In this document: one piece after another, positions 14,479-28,625 of the stretch
How positions within the stretch are numbered: the stretch's first letter is position 1
Layout of the letters: the number at the start of each line of letters is the position of its first letter
Assembly: GCA_951406725.2 (NCBI GenBank)
Contig: OX597818.1
Location: 86,242,001 to 86,306,000, forward strand
Reading direction: 5' to 3'
From: Octopus vulgaris
Taxonomy: Eukaryota
Length of the DNA stretch: 64,000 bases
Notes under the pieces: generated by a model
Database searches by the model: none
The model's input: only the letters and a program-made list of their open reading frames with translations
What the model was told of the DNA's origin: nothing
Translations under genes and position numbers: made by a program

Positions 14479-15404
14479 TTAATCAAAGAAGGTAAGGTCT
14501 ACGGAATTGATGAGGGGAAGTTATCCTTTGACCAGAGATCAACCCCGAATACATATAACAGAGTGGAGCTTTTGGTGGTGCTATGACTACGGAAAATCGA
14601 TAGTGCTCATGATAAATTGCTCTGCGATTTTGTTCTGCTCTGTATGTGCAGATTTCAAATCCCACCATGATCAACTTCTTTTTCATTTTTTCGGAGTCAA
14701 TAAAATAAAGTACCAGTCCTTCACTGAAGTTGATTCTTCTATTTTTCTCACTCCCTTTTTTCTATCTGTCTCTCTTTTCGGAAGATATTGGTTTTGATCA
14801 TACATTCTATACGCACTGAGTTCAAATCATGCCATGGTCAACTATGACTTTCAACATTTCGCGGTCGATAAATGAAGTCCCAGTTAAGTACTGAGTTTGA
14901 TTCTTCTATTTTCTCATTCTCTGTAACTTTTTGACTGTCTGTCTTTCTTTTTTGGAAGACGTCAAATTTAGTCTGACCTAGAGAAGAATGGCTCTACCAG
15001 GTCATCACGTGTCGAAAACACGCTCTATATAAAGATTCCATCAAAGAGTTTATAAAATCCCTGCGATTCCATCAAAGAGTTGAATGCCTGTAGAGAGGCA
15101 AGGCAGAAAGCTGGTCAAAAGATTAAGCATATGCAGTGAAATAGCCTTCCTTTAAAAAAAAAATATAGGATATGCGTACTGCTACCATCCGTACATCCAT
15201 CCATCCATCTTCTCCGTTCACTATTCCAGGGAAGGTGAGTGGGTAGACTTCTCAGGCACCTTCCCCATGGATATACATATACATTCACAAACAACCACAC
15301 AGATATTTACTCAATGATGTATGCATGTCGCTGTACACTTACTCCGATGGTTACAAAGACATGCATACACATATGTACAGACAACATATATATATTTGTA
15401 TGTG

Positions 15405-15467
<63 letters not shown>

Positions 15468-15494
15468 TTGCATTTATATATATATATATATTGC

Positions 15495-16080
15495 ACTTTC
15501 TAACTAGATTCCCAAGCATTACCAGCTTAGACTATAGATATTATCCAGCCGACCCATCCTTGGTCGATCTCTAGGTCTCCTGCCGGTTGGCTCGGTTTGA
15601 AGAATTCGTCTGGCGAGCCTAGTCTTTCAAGCGGCGTTCTAATCCCAAGAAATAGTGTTGCGAAGAAAGCGGCATAATCCCTCTTAAGAAAGTATTTCCC
15701 GTTTCCAGTGAGCTCTGCATAGTCACTGAAAAAAGTGGAGAATGTTAAGTACCCCGCGGCAGTATTCACAAATGATGGAAAGCGGGTGGTTCGACTGGAT
15801 TATTGAATTGCAAGATGCTAACACAATAAAGCGCTGTTTCTAGTACTTAATCCTCAGAAAACTTGTTATCTTGAATCCAGTTGCGTGCCTATCTTCACCT
15901 ATAGTTCAGAAGGTTGGATAATGACTGCAAATACAAACGGTCGAAATGAGGTTCCTCTGAGTGATCTCTGGTGCAACGTTACTCGAAAGGGTGTGTAATT
16001 CGATGACCAGGGAATCTCTCACAGTTGAACCGCTATTTCTTCGCGTTGAGAGATCACAGTTCCAGTACTATGGACATGTA
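15495..16080. mobile_element. RTE LINE remnant with internal inversion
   Basis: Plus strand ~15720-16080: KVENVKYPAAVFTNDGK...PIFTYSSEGWIMT...EMRFL..VEPLFLRVERSQFQYYGHV. Minus strand 15643-15495 continues IRTPLERL.ARRILQTEPTGRRPRDRPR..W..LGI. Confidence 0.75.
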
Positions 16081-16088
16081 TACAGTTA

Positions 16089-16304
16089 CGAAGGAGGTGC
16101 TGAAAATTCTTGGCTCTAATGGCTTCGCGAAAGGCATGGCTGGAGGTCCATCCTTCCGAATTCTTTTACAGGGATTAGAAAACCTGAAGGACCGCTGCAG
16201 TAAGTGTGTGAATCTGAGAGGAGAATATATTGAATAAAATCGTAATTAACTGATCCACGTTGAATTTCTTTTACCCAATGCCAGGAATTTTTCAACACAG
16301 TTCC
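16089..16304 (+). mobile_element. Internally deleted mariner (MITE-like)
   Basis: Degenerate TIRs GTGCTGAAAATTCTTGGC / GCCAGGAATTTTTCAACAC with TA on both flanks. Keeps the transposase C-terminus GLENLKDRCSKCVNLRGEYIE*. Confidence 0.75.
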
Positions 16305-17141
16305 TACAAGGCAGTAAATCTATTAGGATGACTTAAAGTAAGAATCGAGGAAATTTGTAAACGAGACGAGAATTTGACCTAGTTTTTGATTTGATTTCAA
16401 AACCATTTCGTTTCACTTATACCTTCCGAGCTCTGGATGTAAAGAATGAAGGCCACAACATCTTGCTTCACTTTTTCTTTCCAATATAAATATATAAGCC
16501 GTTAGTTTTTAGCGGAAGGAATTAATATTAGGCATCATTTCGATTTTGGTTGAAATGGCGAGGAAATGAGTCTTTGGTGTGATAAGTAATTATGGAGCTA
16601 ACTATATTTTACCAGGACGAGATACACACATGTACACACACACATAAACACTCGCTCGCGCGCAGGCACACACTCGAACACATACACATTTACACATACA
16701 CGCACATACGCAATTATAATCATAAATGGTATACATATTCATGGCTGGTGGAAAAATATGATTTGCCATACAAATGTTATTCATTCATGCTAACATTCCA
16801 TATTGGTGCCATATTCACGGATTCCCATGAGCGAAGTTTAAATAATAATGGCCGAGGAGGTGCGAAACGCGGAACTGGAGAAACGGGGAAACACGCAAAA
16901 CCATTGACTGACACTTGAATGCGCAGATGTCTGCTGTAGTGTGTACGAGTCAGCTTGTGTGTGTGTGTGTGTCTACGTCTGTGTGTGTGTGTGTGTCTAC
17001 GTCTGTGTCTGTGTGTGCGAGTGTGCCTGTGTATGTGTGTATGTGAGATTACTATGTATGTATGCTTGTATGCATGTATCTCTCTCTATATGCAAATATA
17101 TATATATATATACACATACACACATATACATACACACATAG

Positions 17142-17234
<93 letters not shown>

Positions 17235-17451
17235 CAGAGACATACATATATACATATGTTGACTGTACATATGTCAATGCATGTGTTTGTGACAATCAGA
17301 GTAAGTGTACGGCGACATGCATACATCTTTGAGTAAATATGTGTGTGTGGTTGTTTGTGTATGTACATGTGTATATAAATATATTCACATAATGTAGACA
17401 GCGTGGGTGCATATGTGTGTGTTTGTATATATATATATATATACATATACA

Positions 17452-17504
<53 letters not shown>

Positions 17505-17505
<1 letters not shown>

Positions 17506-17880
17506 AGTAGCTTGCTTACCAACCCCATGGTTCTGGATTCAGTCCTACTGAGTGGCACCTTGGGCAAGTGTCTTCTACTATAGCCATGGGTCAACCAAAT
17601 CTTTGTGAGTGGGTTTGATACACGGAAACTGAAAGAAACCTGTCGTTTATATATACACATATATATAAGTCTGTGTTTGTGCCTGTGTCTGTTCCCCCTA
17701 GCATCGCTTGACGACCGAAGCTGGTATGTTTACGTCCCCGTTATTTCGCAGTTCGGAAAAGGATACCAATAGAATAAGTACAAAGATTACAAAGAACAAG
17801 TCCTGGGGTCGATTTGCTCGACTAAAAGCGGTGCTCCAGCATGGCCGCAGCCAAGTGACCGAAAGAAGTAAAAGAAAAGA
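17505..17880 (+). mobile_element. SINE family A
   Basis: Near full-length match to 62111-62522. Confidence 0.85.
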
Positions 17881-17934
<54 letters not shown>

Positions 17935-18023
17935 TTATATATATATACACATATATATGTGTGTCATTGTATATAAAGTAGAATTTGTGAATCAGTGTGT
18001 GTGTGTGTGTGGTATGTGGTGTG

Positions 18024-18068
<45 letters not shown>

Positions 18069-18696
18069 TGTGCTTTTGTGCATGCGTACACTTGACTACA
18101 TGTCTCATTGCTTATGAGAAAATATTACGTTTGTGTTATACATGCATGTATGAATGAATATAGGAACGAATGAATTAACGAATGGACGAATAAATGAATG
18201 AATAATTGAATTAATGAAAAATAAGAGAATAAAAGAATGAATATGTATGAGTATATGACTGCGTGTTCGTTAATGTACATTGATACTATAATGTGTTATG
18301 TCAAGTGTACGGATATTTGAATGTATGCTTGTGTTTATGTCTCGGTATATGTCGACGAAGGTGGGCGTTGCGTGAAGCTACTTCCTGTGGCTATAATATA
18401 TAGTCCTGGGATTAGGAAGTAAGTAGGACTGGATTTCGGCCATTTATTCTCGTATTCATTAGAGTATAACAGTAACACATGCATACATACAGGCATACAT
18501 ACGCGCATATATATATATATATATATATACATATTAATATATATATAATGTATATATATATATGTATATATATATATATGTATATATGTATATGTATATA
18601 TGTATATGTATATATATATATGTATATATATGTGTATATATATATTTATATATATATATATATATATATGTGTATATATATATATGTGTATATATA

Positions 18697-18752
<56 letters not shown>

Positions 18753-19011
18753 CATACATACATACATACATACATTCATACATACATACATACATACATA
18801 CATACATACATACATACATACATACATACATACATACATACATACATACATAAAACACAGAACAGAGAAGCTTGTTCGGAACAGCATTCCTCCTAAGATT
18901 TTATGAAAAAGAGATCCCAGTCCCGAAATATTGAGATGCAAGATAAAGGTACAACCCATGGGCTTTTACTATTTCTTATAACCCGCATTGCTTTGGGTAT
19001 GAAAAGAAATT

Positions 19012-19081
<70 letters not shown>

Positions 19082-19420
19082 TATACGTATATATACATAC
19101 ATATATATATATATATCTCAGGCAAACTATGATACATACATAAATGCATGCATACATGCATACGTAGTTAGATAGGTACATACATACAAGCATACAAACA
19201 TACATAAATACATACATACATACATACATTAATCATGTCCAGATATTTATAGACACCGTGAAACAATAACATAATTTCACAAGGAACCGTATTTATTTTA
19301 TATTTATGTATTCATATACACTACATAATCATAACTACACACATACAACCTAATACACATATACATCCTAATATCTACACATATTCACAAGGTTACACAC
19401 ATATATACATGTATATGTAC

Positions 19421-19503
<83 letters not shown>

Positions 19504-19554
19504 AATTGTTCTTATATGACTGAGCGCCTCGCGTCGTTTCTTATCCTCCAAGTA

Positions 19555-19608
<54 letters not shown>

Positions 19609-19826
19609 CACACATACATATTCATTTAACATCAAATATTAATAGGTTATAACATCATACATATATATTCATACACCATTATACATATATAAATATGTAT
19701 TGTTATACACAAAACACATTCCATCCGTATGCATTCATGTATACAAATTACTTCATATAGAGTATAAATGCATATTTATGCATACACACACACATACACA
19801 CACATACATACATGAATGCAAACATA

Positions 19827-19862
<36 letters not shown>

Positions 19863-20251
19863 TGTATGTATGTATGTATGTATGTATGTATGTATGTATG
19901 TATGTATGTATATATGCATGTATATATGTATATCCAATAATGTTTGCTTTTAGGTCGAGTTATAAGGTGGAACAATCCTATGAAAAATAAGGAAGCTAAA
20001 AGTGCGAAATTCTGTCAGCACTATTCTTGCTAAAGTGTAATATATATATATATATGCATATATGTATACACACACGCACGCACACATAAACACACATACA
20101 TATATATATATATATATACATATTATATGCTCATATATGTACATATATATATATATACAAACCCCCACACACATACATACATACATACATACATACATAC
20201 ATACATACATACATACATACATACATACATACATACATACATACATACATA

Positions 20252-21524
20252 CCGGGGCTGGACAAAATAATGGAAACACCTTAAACTTTCAAACAAATTT
20301 ATTTCAATATGGAATAGGACTGCCTTTGGCAGTAATTACAGCTTAAATTCTACGAGGTATGGACTCGTACAAAATTTGAATTGTTCCCAAAGGAATTTTT
20401 GTCCGTTCTTCAGCTAAAACAGTCTCCTGATCTTGTAGTGATGATGGTGGAGGATATCGACTCCTTACTTGTTTTTTTTTTTTAAATGCACCATAAAATG
20501 TTCAATAAGATTGAGATCTGGGGACTGTGGTGGCCATATAAGATGTTCAACTTCACTAGAATGTTTCTCGTGCCATTCAGTAACAACTTTTGCTGTGTGA
20601 ATTGATGCATTATCATCCTGAAAAATTGCGTTTCCCAAGGACACAATTCCACAACCATAGGTTGAATTTGATTAGATAAAATGCTTAAATAGTCTTGACT
20701 TAATTCTGCCATGAAGGGAAACCATTGGGCTGGCAGATTTGCAAGATATAGCCCCCAGATAAGCACAGATCCTCATCCATGGTTGACAGTTGGAAGAAGT
20801 CTGGGTCAAATGCTTCTTTTGGCTGTCTCCACATGTATACTCGGCTGGTGGTCGGAAATTAGGTAAAGGATGACTTGTCCGAGAAAATAACATTCTTCCA
20901 CTGCTCTAGGGACCAATTCTGCAAGTTTTTACTCCACTCTAAACGCTTTGCAACGTTTCTTTTTGGAAGTAGTGGTTTTCTGATTGCAACCCTCCTGTGA
21001 AATCTGGCTCTGTGCAGCTCCCAATGAACAGTTTTTGTGGATACTGGGTTCTCGAGATGGTCATTAATCTCTGCAGTAATTTTGGGAGCAGTACTTTTGT
21101 GATCCTTTCTAACAATTCGCGTAAGAGTCTGATGGTCCCTATCTGAATGTTTTAGTTTTCTTCCGGAGTTTTGTTTCGACGAGGAGGTTTTTTCCCTCTT
21201 TCTCAAACGCTGCCATTACTTTCGAGACAGTACTTTATGATACGCCAAACATTTCGGCTGTTTTCGTTACGCTAGCACCCGTCATACGAACATCAACAAT
21301 TTGACTTCTTTGAAAGTCCGATAGATCTGTCATTTTAATGAATTTTAATTACATTTTGCTGATGATATGTGAAAAGAAACAGCAATTTTAGCAAAACGTA
21401 TTATGCAACAATAATAACAAGTGAAAAAATCCATAAAAAGGAAAAAGCTTTTGACGGTTTTATAGATATCTCAAAATTATGATGCTGCGATGCTAGGTGT
21501 TCCAATTATTTTGTCCAGCCCTTG
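20252..21524 (-). mobile_element. Tc1-like DNA transposon, full length, decayed
   Basis: ~30-bp TIRs CCGGGGCTGGACAAAATAATGGAAACACCT / AGGTGTTCCAATTATTTTGTCCAGCCCTTG; TA at left. Confidence 0.92.
20304..21333 (-). pseudogene. Tc1 transposase pseudogene
   Basis: MTDLSDFQRSQIV..., RKPLL, WKNVIFSDKSSF, FQDDNA, WPPQSPDLNLIE, SIPRRI; multiple stops and frameshifts. Confidence 0.9.
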
Positions 21525-21546
21525 AATATCTATATATAATATCTAT

Positions 21547-21939
21547 GGAGTGGCTGTGTGGTAAGTACCTTACTTACCAACCACATGATTCCGGGTTCAC
21601 TCTCACTGAGTGGCACCTAGGGCAAGTGTCTTCTACTATAGCATCGAGCCGACCAAATCGTTGTGAGTGTATTTGGTAGACGGAAACTGAAAGAAACCCG
21701 TTGTATATGTATATGTGTGTATGTGTGTGTTTGTGTGTGTGCGTTTCTTCCTCCCCTCATCGCTAGACAACCGATGCTGGTGTGTTTACGTCCCCGTAAC
21801 TTAACGGTTCGGCAAAAGAGACCAACAGAATAAGTATTAGGCTTACAACGAATAAGTCTTGGCGTCGATTTGTTCGACTGAAGGCAGTGGTCCAGCATGG
21901 CTGCAGTCAAATTACTAAAACAAGTAAAAGAATGAAAGA
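21547..21939 (+). mobile_element. SINE family A
   Basis: Full match to family A. Confidence 0.85.
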
Positions 21940-21947
21940 ATATAATA

Positions 21948-22031
<84 letters not shown>

Positions 22032-22465
22032 ATATAGTAAAATAAGGATTCAGATAGAATCAGGTACTTGAAAAGAAATGCACCAGTTAGGGTATGATAA
22101 ACCTATGGTTCCGGCCTATGGTTGGTAAGAATCAAATAGGATAAGTACTCAGAGAAAACAAACCCTATGAGTATTTAGCGCTTAGGGGCTGTTCCAAAGC
22201 ACGCGTTACGTTGAATAGTACATTGTTGGTATACTCTAGGGTGCCCGACGAATCGTGAACCCCCTTGGTGTATTATAATCAAATGAATAATATTATACGA
22301 TGGATAATTGTCAGCTGTTTCTTACGCATCTTTTTAATAGAAGGAGAACATTACTTCATTACAAAAAACCGTAACCATCAGATAAAACATAATTTGACAA
22401 GAGAATATCACAAGAATATGGCAGGGACGTCTGTCGAGGATAACTATGAAATGGGACATTCATAA

Positions 22466-22532
<67 letters not shown>

Positions 22533-22872
22533 GGTTGTATAATGTCAACAAAACGTGACAGTCCCGGAGAGGGAATTACACCACCGCTATATAGCCCTAC
22601 GAAGCATCGACGCTTCCTGTCGGCTTTGACATATTTTCTATGTCCTTATATTCGCAAAGCGGAATTTCAAATAGAAACAATGGTATCGTGCTGTATGGAT
22701 AGAGTGGTTTTCATAAATAGAAGAAGAGAAACACAAGAAAAGAAAGAGAACGAGAGAAAAAAGAAATGTAACAATAATAAATGGGGGAAAAAAAACGTAG
22801 ACGGTAAGTATAATTACGAGTGTAACGCAACTAATTGTTTTAAAAAAAAAATATGAATTGAACATATATATA

Positions 22873-22948
<76 letters not shown>

Positions 22949-22957
22949 CATATATAC

Positions 22958-23070
<113 letters not shown>

Positions 23071-23341
23071 TATATATATATTTATACATATATACATATA
23101 CATACATATATATATATCAAACATATATATATATATTACGTCATATGTAAACAAGCTTAAGTTTGTTTTTGAAGCGCTGAAATGTATTGTAGTACATATA
23201 GAAAGATTACTTTTTCAACGAATAAAATAGATATAACAGTATATATAAGATAATATCCCTTACAGACCAGAAAAAGATATTATTCCATATATACTCTTAT
23301 ATCAGTATTTTACGCGTTGAAAAATATATCTTTCTACTTGT

Positions 23342-23468
<127 letters not shown>

Positions 23469-25529
23469 CACACATACATGCTTTCCATCTACATACATGT
23501 GTACAAATATCTCCATATATACAAATTCGTATATCCAGTAACATTTGCACACATACTTAACATTGGCCACTGCTTTTGCTATTACAGACAGCGACGTCAA
23601 ATCTACTACGCCTCCTAGGCGTTTTATCAAGCAAGACTTCATCATCCTGGAAACGTGCCAGTGCTTCACCTTGTCTTTCAACTTTTAGTATTTAATTTAA
23701 GATAAGAAAAGAAATAGTTATTTCCAGTGTGTACTGTAAAATCTAAGACAATGATTTGCATAGTTAATCTTAATGTTTTCCGGCAGATTCCAAAGCAAAC
23801 TATGTCAGTCGCCGTTGTGTAAGTCACAGGAGAAAAGACCCGTTCGTGTTGCTCCAGTCTACTCAGCTGAAAATGAATACCAGTCATATCGTGTGCATCT
23901 CTCTCTCTCCCTCTCCCCCCTCTCTCTCTCTCTCTCTCTCTCACTCGTTCACTCTAGCTGTCTCATCATAGATATACCTCTAGCTCAAATTAAAGGAAGA
24001 CAGACTTAAGACTCTGTATATGTCCGCTTGCGACTCCATAAGCACCTAAAACAATGAGCGAAAGCGTGGTACACGTAGCTCACAGCTAACTCTTTACATT
24101 GTTTTCAAATTTTGGCACAAGGTGAGCAAGTTTGGGAGAGGGAGGTAGTCGATTAAATCGACTCCAGTGCATAACTGATACTTCTTTTATCGTTCCCGAA
24201 AGAATGAAGGGCAAAGTCGACCTTTGTTTGTTCTTTATATTGCGAAATGTTACCTAAATTTACTTGCGGATTGATTTATATAAACAATGCAATTATAGTA
24301 GCTGTTTGCTCTTAAAATATAATATAACTTCGTTGTTAATTAAGAACCATACCAATCCAGCACTAACGAAGTGAGTGAGTGAGCAAGTTTCTGTGTTATT
24401 GATTGAACGAGTGAATGAAGGAGTGAGAGAGGAAGTGAGTGGATGAGTAAGAGGGTGAGTGGGCGATTGAGAGAGTAACTGAAAAGGTGTTTTGTAAGTG
24501 ATTTAGTGAGTGTTGTGAATTGCAAGCAGAATAGTAAAGAAGTAATAATATCAATCCACAAAGATGGAGGAGAAGTGGAATTCTCCTCTGAGGTTTATAT
24601 GCCAAAGGATAGTAGAAATATTCTGGATAATGGAGCTTCTTTAATAATGAAATAAACAGCAGGATTTTGCTGAAACCGGAAGAGGTTCTCGTCTTCATTT
24701 AGTGCATCCGACAAAGAATAGAACTAAAAAATATTTGGTATTTTATTTTAACAATCTATACATCATTACTAAAGCGTATATCCTATTGAAAGCCTTCTAA
24801 ACTGTGGAATTTGTCTCGAGAAAGTTTCTCTAATAAACGTATAATGTAAAAAAAAAAAAAATCTACAGCAGACGAAATTTGTCCGGCAGTTAAATTTGTC
24901 CACAGTTAAATCTAGATTTCTGCTTCTTTGAGCCTCAGCAGTAGTGAGTATCTACTGATACCGCATGCTACGCGAAAATCAGCGGCTAGTTGATATAGTT
25001 AAACAGTTTTTGAAGGTTACTAATGTCATGTTTATCCTTCCGGCTGAATAAAATTTCGTTATTGGCGACGCAAGCACTATCAGTTCAAATAAGAAATCTC
25101 TATAACATACTTAAAGCATAGCAAATTAATTTAATCCCCTTTGGAACTTTTTAATAATATGTCACACTGTTTCTGTACTTCAGAATATAAAACAGAACAG
25201 AGTGGCTGAGATATAATTACTTGAATTTATATTGTTTTTTTCATTAAAGAAAAGTAACAGTGTAAAAATCTATCACCACTGTGATCAATATGAAACATCA
25301 AATTTAATCGATTCACTCTGTGTAAACTACGGAGAAGAATTAGTCCAAGAGAAGAATACGAATCTACTGCAATGTCTTTTGGGATTTTTTCATATAATTT
25401 ATCTAAAAAGAAAGGGCGGCAACTGTGACCATTCTAAGCCCTCAATAACTGGAGAATTGAAAAATATGGATAAGGTCACAATAGCTTATATATATATATA
25501 TATATATATATATTCATGTTTAACTTTGG

Positions 25530-25770
25530 AAAATGGGAGATCAAAGAATTATAGGAAAGAAGTGAGTTCTAGAGAATATAATTCCAAAGTGGAATGATTG
25601 AGGAAGGATTTGGTATGAGGTCTAAAGGTGAAAGATTATAAAGAAAATATCAGAAGATGGAAATTTGAATAGAGTTAGGTGAAGGGTGTAGTCAGCAGAA
25701 CAGAGATCAGTGTAGTAGTAATACAGGGAAGAGAAAGAGAGGGAGAAACCAATCAATAGTGAGCAAACGA
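25530..25770 (-). pseudogene. Very old CR1/L2-group LINE 3' remnant
   Basis: Broken translation (LAH, YYYTDLCSAD, HTKSFL..TLWN) resembles L2/Crack C-termini. Confidence 0.35.
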
Positions 25771-26067
25771 TTGTGCGGTCTGTCGCGGAACGAGTATTTG
25801 TTTATGCGTAATTTTTCTATGAAATTATTCTTTCTATGATGCATGTGAGAGAAACGTTTGAGAACATTTTCTGTTCCCACCCTCTAAAATATAGGGCATT
25901 TGTACCCAATTAAATGAATCTTATATTTATGCAGTATATTATTGACTATAGCTGCCTGGCATAAAGTCAGCATAAAGGTTCATAGTCTCGTGAATGAGTG
26001 TGATATGCTTAGTTTAGAAAGTTGCTCGTGTGTGTCTAGTTTTGTGCTAATACACTCATCATTGGTG

Positions 26068-26373
26068 AAGGCATGCGGCTTAGTGGTTACGGTATTCGAT
26101 TCACGATTGTAACGTCGTGAGTTCAATTCCTGGTGGTGCGTTGTGCCCCTGGGCAAGACACGTTGCTCCAGTGCACTCAGATGGTGAAAATGAATTTTAC
26201 TTATATTTCGAATGGACAGTCTTTACACATTCTGTGTCATACTGAATCTCCCTGAGAACTACGGTAACAGTATGTCTTGGGAGGGCTCAGCCACTTGCAC
26301 GTTAATTTCACGAGCAGGCTGTTTGGTGGATCGAATCAATTGGAAACCTCTTCGTCTTAACCGACGGAGTGTC
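26068..26373 (+). mobile_element. SINE family D (tRNA head, CORE-like)
   Basis: A box GGCTTAGTGG, B box GTTCAATTCC, CCCTGGGCAAGACAC; homologous to copies at 31378 and 35738. Confidence 0.8.
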
Positions 26374-26876
26374 ACTTTATGTACCCATCTAAGAATAATA
26401 TTTAAAATCAACAATATTTGAACCACGAGCATACATACATTTTCCTGCTTGTATGTCCAAAATGATATTATCAAATGTGTGGTTTCTTTAAGGCGTTACA
26501 TCATGTAAAAGGGGAAGGTGTCTGCTATTTCTAGCAACCACAACGGAGTCTGTCATTAACTTGGGCTCCTTCTTGAGATGTAATTAAATGAAAACAAGGA
26601 ACAACTATACAATATCAACAGGAAATAACAGTGTGTTGTACATTAAGCTAAAATATAGAGGAGACATGATACACGCCTTCACAAATATGTTTTAAGCGTT
26701 CGCAATTTCCTCTTTGATCAACCTTTGTTCAATGTGTAAAACATCTGAAATAATTTTCAGTAATCTTCTTCCGTTACAATTGTTATTTTACAGAAGATGG
26801 TTTGGAAACCGGAATGTACGTGTAACCAGAATAGTAATCATATCTTAGTCAAACTGTGGCGATTCGCCGTGTGTAT

Positions 26877-26952
<76 letters not shown>

Positions 26953-26956
<4 letters not shown>

Positions 26957-27519
26957 TGGTTGTCTACTCCTTATGCAGAGTCTGACCACCTCTTTTTACT
27001 TACACCTAAGATTCATCATGGCGTTCAATGCGACTTTTTAAACCAGACTTTATATTGAAAAGACACCCACGTAGATTGCATATCTGATTTCGACCACCAA
27101 GAGCTGCAGTTAAATTCTGATGTTTGTGGATCTTAAAATCTCTTTTAAGGCTTCCGTTAGATTTGCAGACCTTATGGCATACACGGCATTAAAAGATGTG
27201 CACAGACATATAGGCAGAGTAGTTGGCGGAGGTTCGTTTTTTCATGGGTCCGCAAATGAGATTTGAGCCTAGCAAAAGAAAGGCACGGTCTGTCACAAAC
27301 TTTTACACACAAAAAGATCACTGAAATTCACCTTCTCGATGGCAACATTCTTTCAATTTCTCTTGAGTCTTACATGTGTTGTCCTGGCCTCCTCAAAAAC
27401 TTTCGCTCCACTCCACAATTTTGTTCACCATTCAGTTCGATTCGAAGCAAGGGTTTCTATCACTTTTGAATCCATTCCAAGTGACTTCATGGTAGTCCTT
27501 ATACCGTCCTTAAACCTCC
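26953..27519 (-). mobile_element. RTE (BovB-like) LINE 3' fragment with three C2H2 fingers
   Basis: RFKDGIRTTMKSLGMD..ETLASNRTEW..GAKVFEEAR, then CK-VCDRPCLSFARLKSHLRTH, CRVCHKVCKSNGSLKRDFKIH and CNLRGCLFNIKSGLKSRIERH. Stop at 27006-27008; 3'UTR ends at (TA)n. Confidence 0.8.
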
Positions 27520-27698
27520 ATGTGTGTGTGTGTGTGTTTATGTTTGTGTGTATGTGCATGTATATATATATATATAGTTAATCCAAACAAGAAAACAAAA
27601 ACAAAAAAATACAACAACGCAAGGACGTGGAACAAATAAAGTATTATTGGACGCTCAGGAAAGAAGGGAAGAAGGAATATACACGCGCACACGCGCGC

Positions 27699-28056
27699 AA
27701 TTGCAGAGTGGAATGTGTTTATAAGCCATTTAAAAACACACAAAACCGTTAAATTCACTTCAACATTTAAATTTAATTTGCCAAAATATTTTCGTCGCTT
27801 TGAGGTCACGCACTGATCACTGACAAAATTCCGTGCAGCATCTCAGATGTTGAAGTAAATCTAACAGTGTTTGTGTGCTTTTTAAATGGCTTATAAAGAC
27901 CTTCCACGCTGCAATTGTTTTTGTTTCAGCACACGATCTTAGATCAGGTCACTTGCTATGCAAGTACATCTCCGCAATATATATATATATATATATATAT
28001 TTGCTGAGATGTACTTGCATAGCAAGTGACCTGATCTAAGATCGTGTGCTGAAACA

Positions 28057-28060
<4 letters not shown>
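27699..28060. mobile_element. HHR-bearing pLTR-like element with two inverted duplications
   Basis: 27699-27766 is inverted at 27847-27917; 27918-27977 is inverted at 28001-28060 across (TA)n. Confidence 0.75.
27777..27827 (-). ncRNA. Minimal type-I hammerhead ribozyme, G3:C8 core variant
   Basis: UUUGUCA GUGAUCA GUGC-gugaccucaaa-GCGAC GAAA AUAU UU/ UGGCAAA: 7-bp stem I, bulged stem II, single-pair stem III with palindromic AUAU loop. Confidence 0.6.
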
Positions 28061-28106
<46 letters not shown>

Positions 28107-28251
28107 GCGCTAATGCTGTAGTTAAAGCACATAGTATTAGAGCTTTTTAGTTCTTATTTCCATTTATGCAAGTGTTGTTACACTCTCAGTCGCATTTAGT
28201 GACAATTATAGTTTCCCTTTTGTCAACACATTGCTCACGGCTGTCTATATC

Positions 28252-28327
<76 letters not shown>

Positions 28328-28339
28328 TACATACAAAAT

Positions 28340-28625
28340 TTAAAGGACTGACCACTAAAAGTGGACGGTCAATATGCTAGATATAGACGTCAAAATCGCT
28401 ATTTTTCACTGGTTTTAATTTGCCACTGGTTTTAATTGATTAATATCAATTTCTACCCTTATTCAATTTTAAATAATAGAAAAATGTTCTCTAGCGGGAA
28501 ATTGACTGCTGTAGTTTATTAACTGCAGGGTAGATTTCCGATCTCAGCGCTCCAAAGTGAAGGCATCTGAAGGATACACATAAATATAATTTGTTGAACT
28601 CCATCCATGCAAGACTCCGGTCAAA

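Noticed and set aside
23590-23632. UUGAUAA (U3:A8) core followed by an ACGCC/GGCGU stem on the minus strand
   Set aside because: GAAA is absent after the stem.
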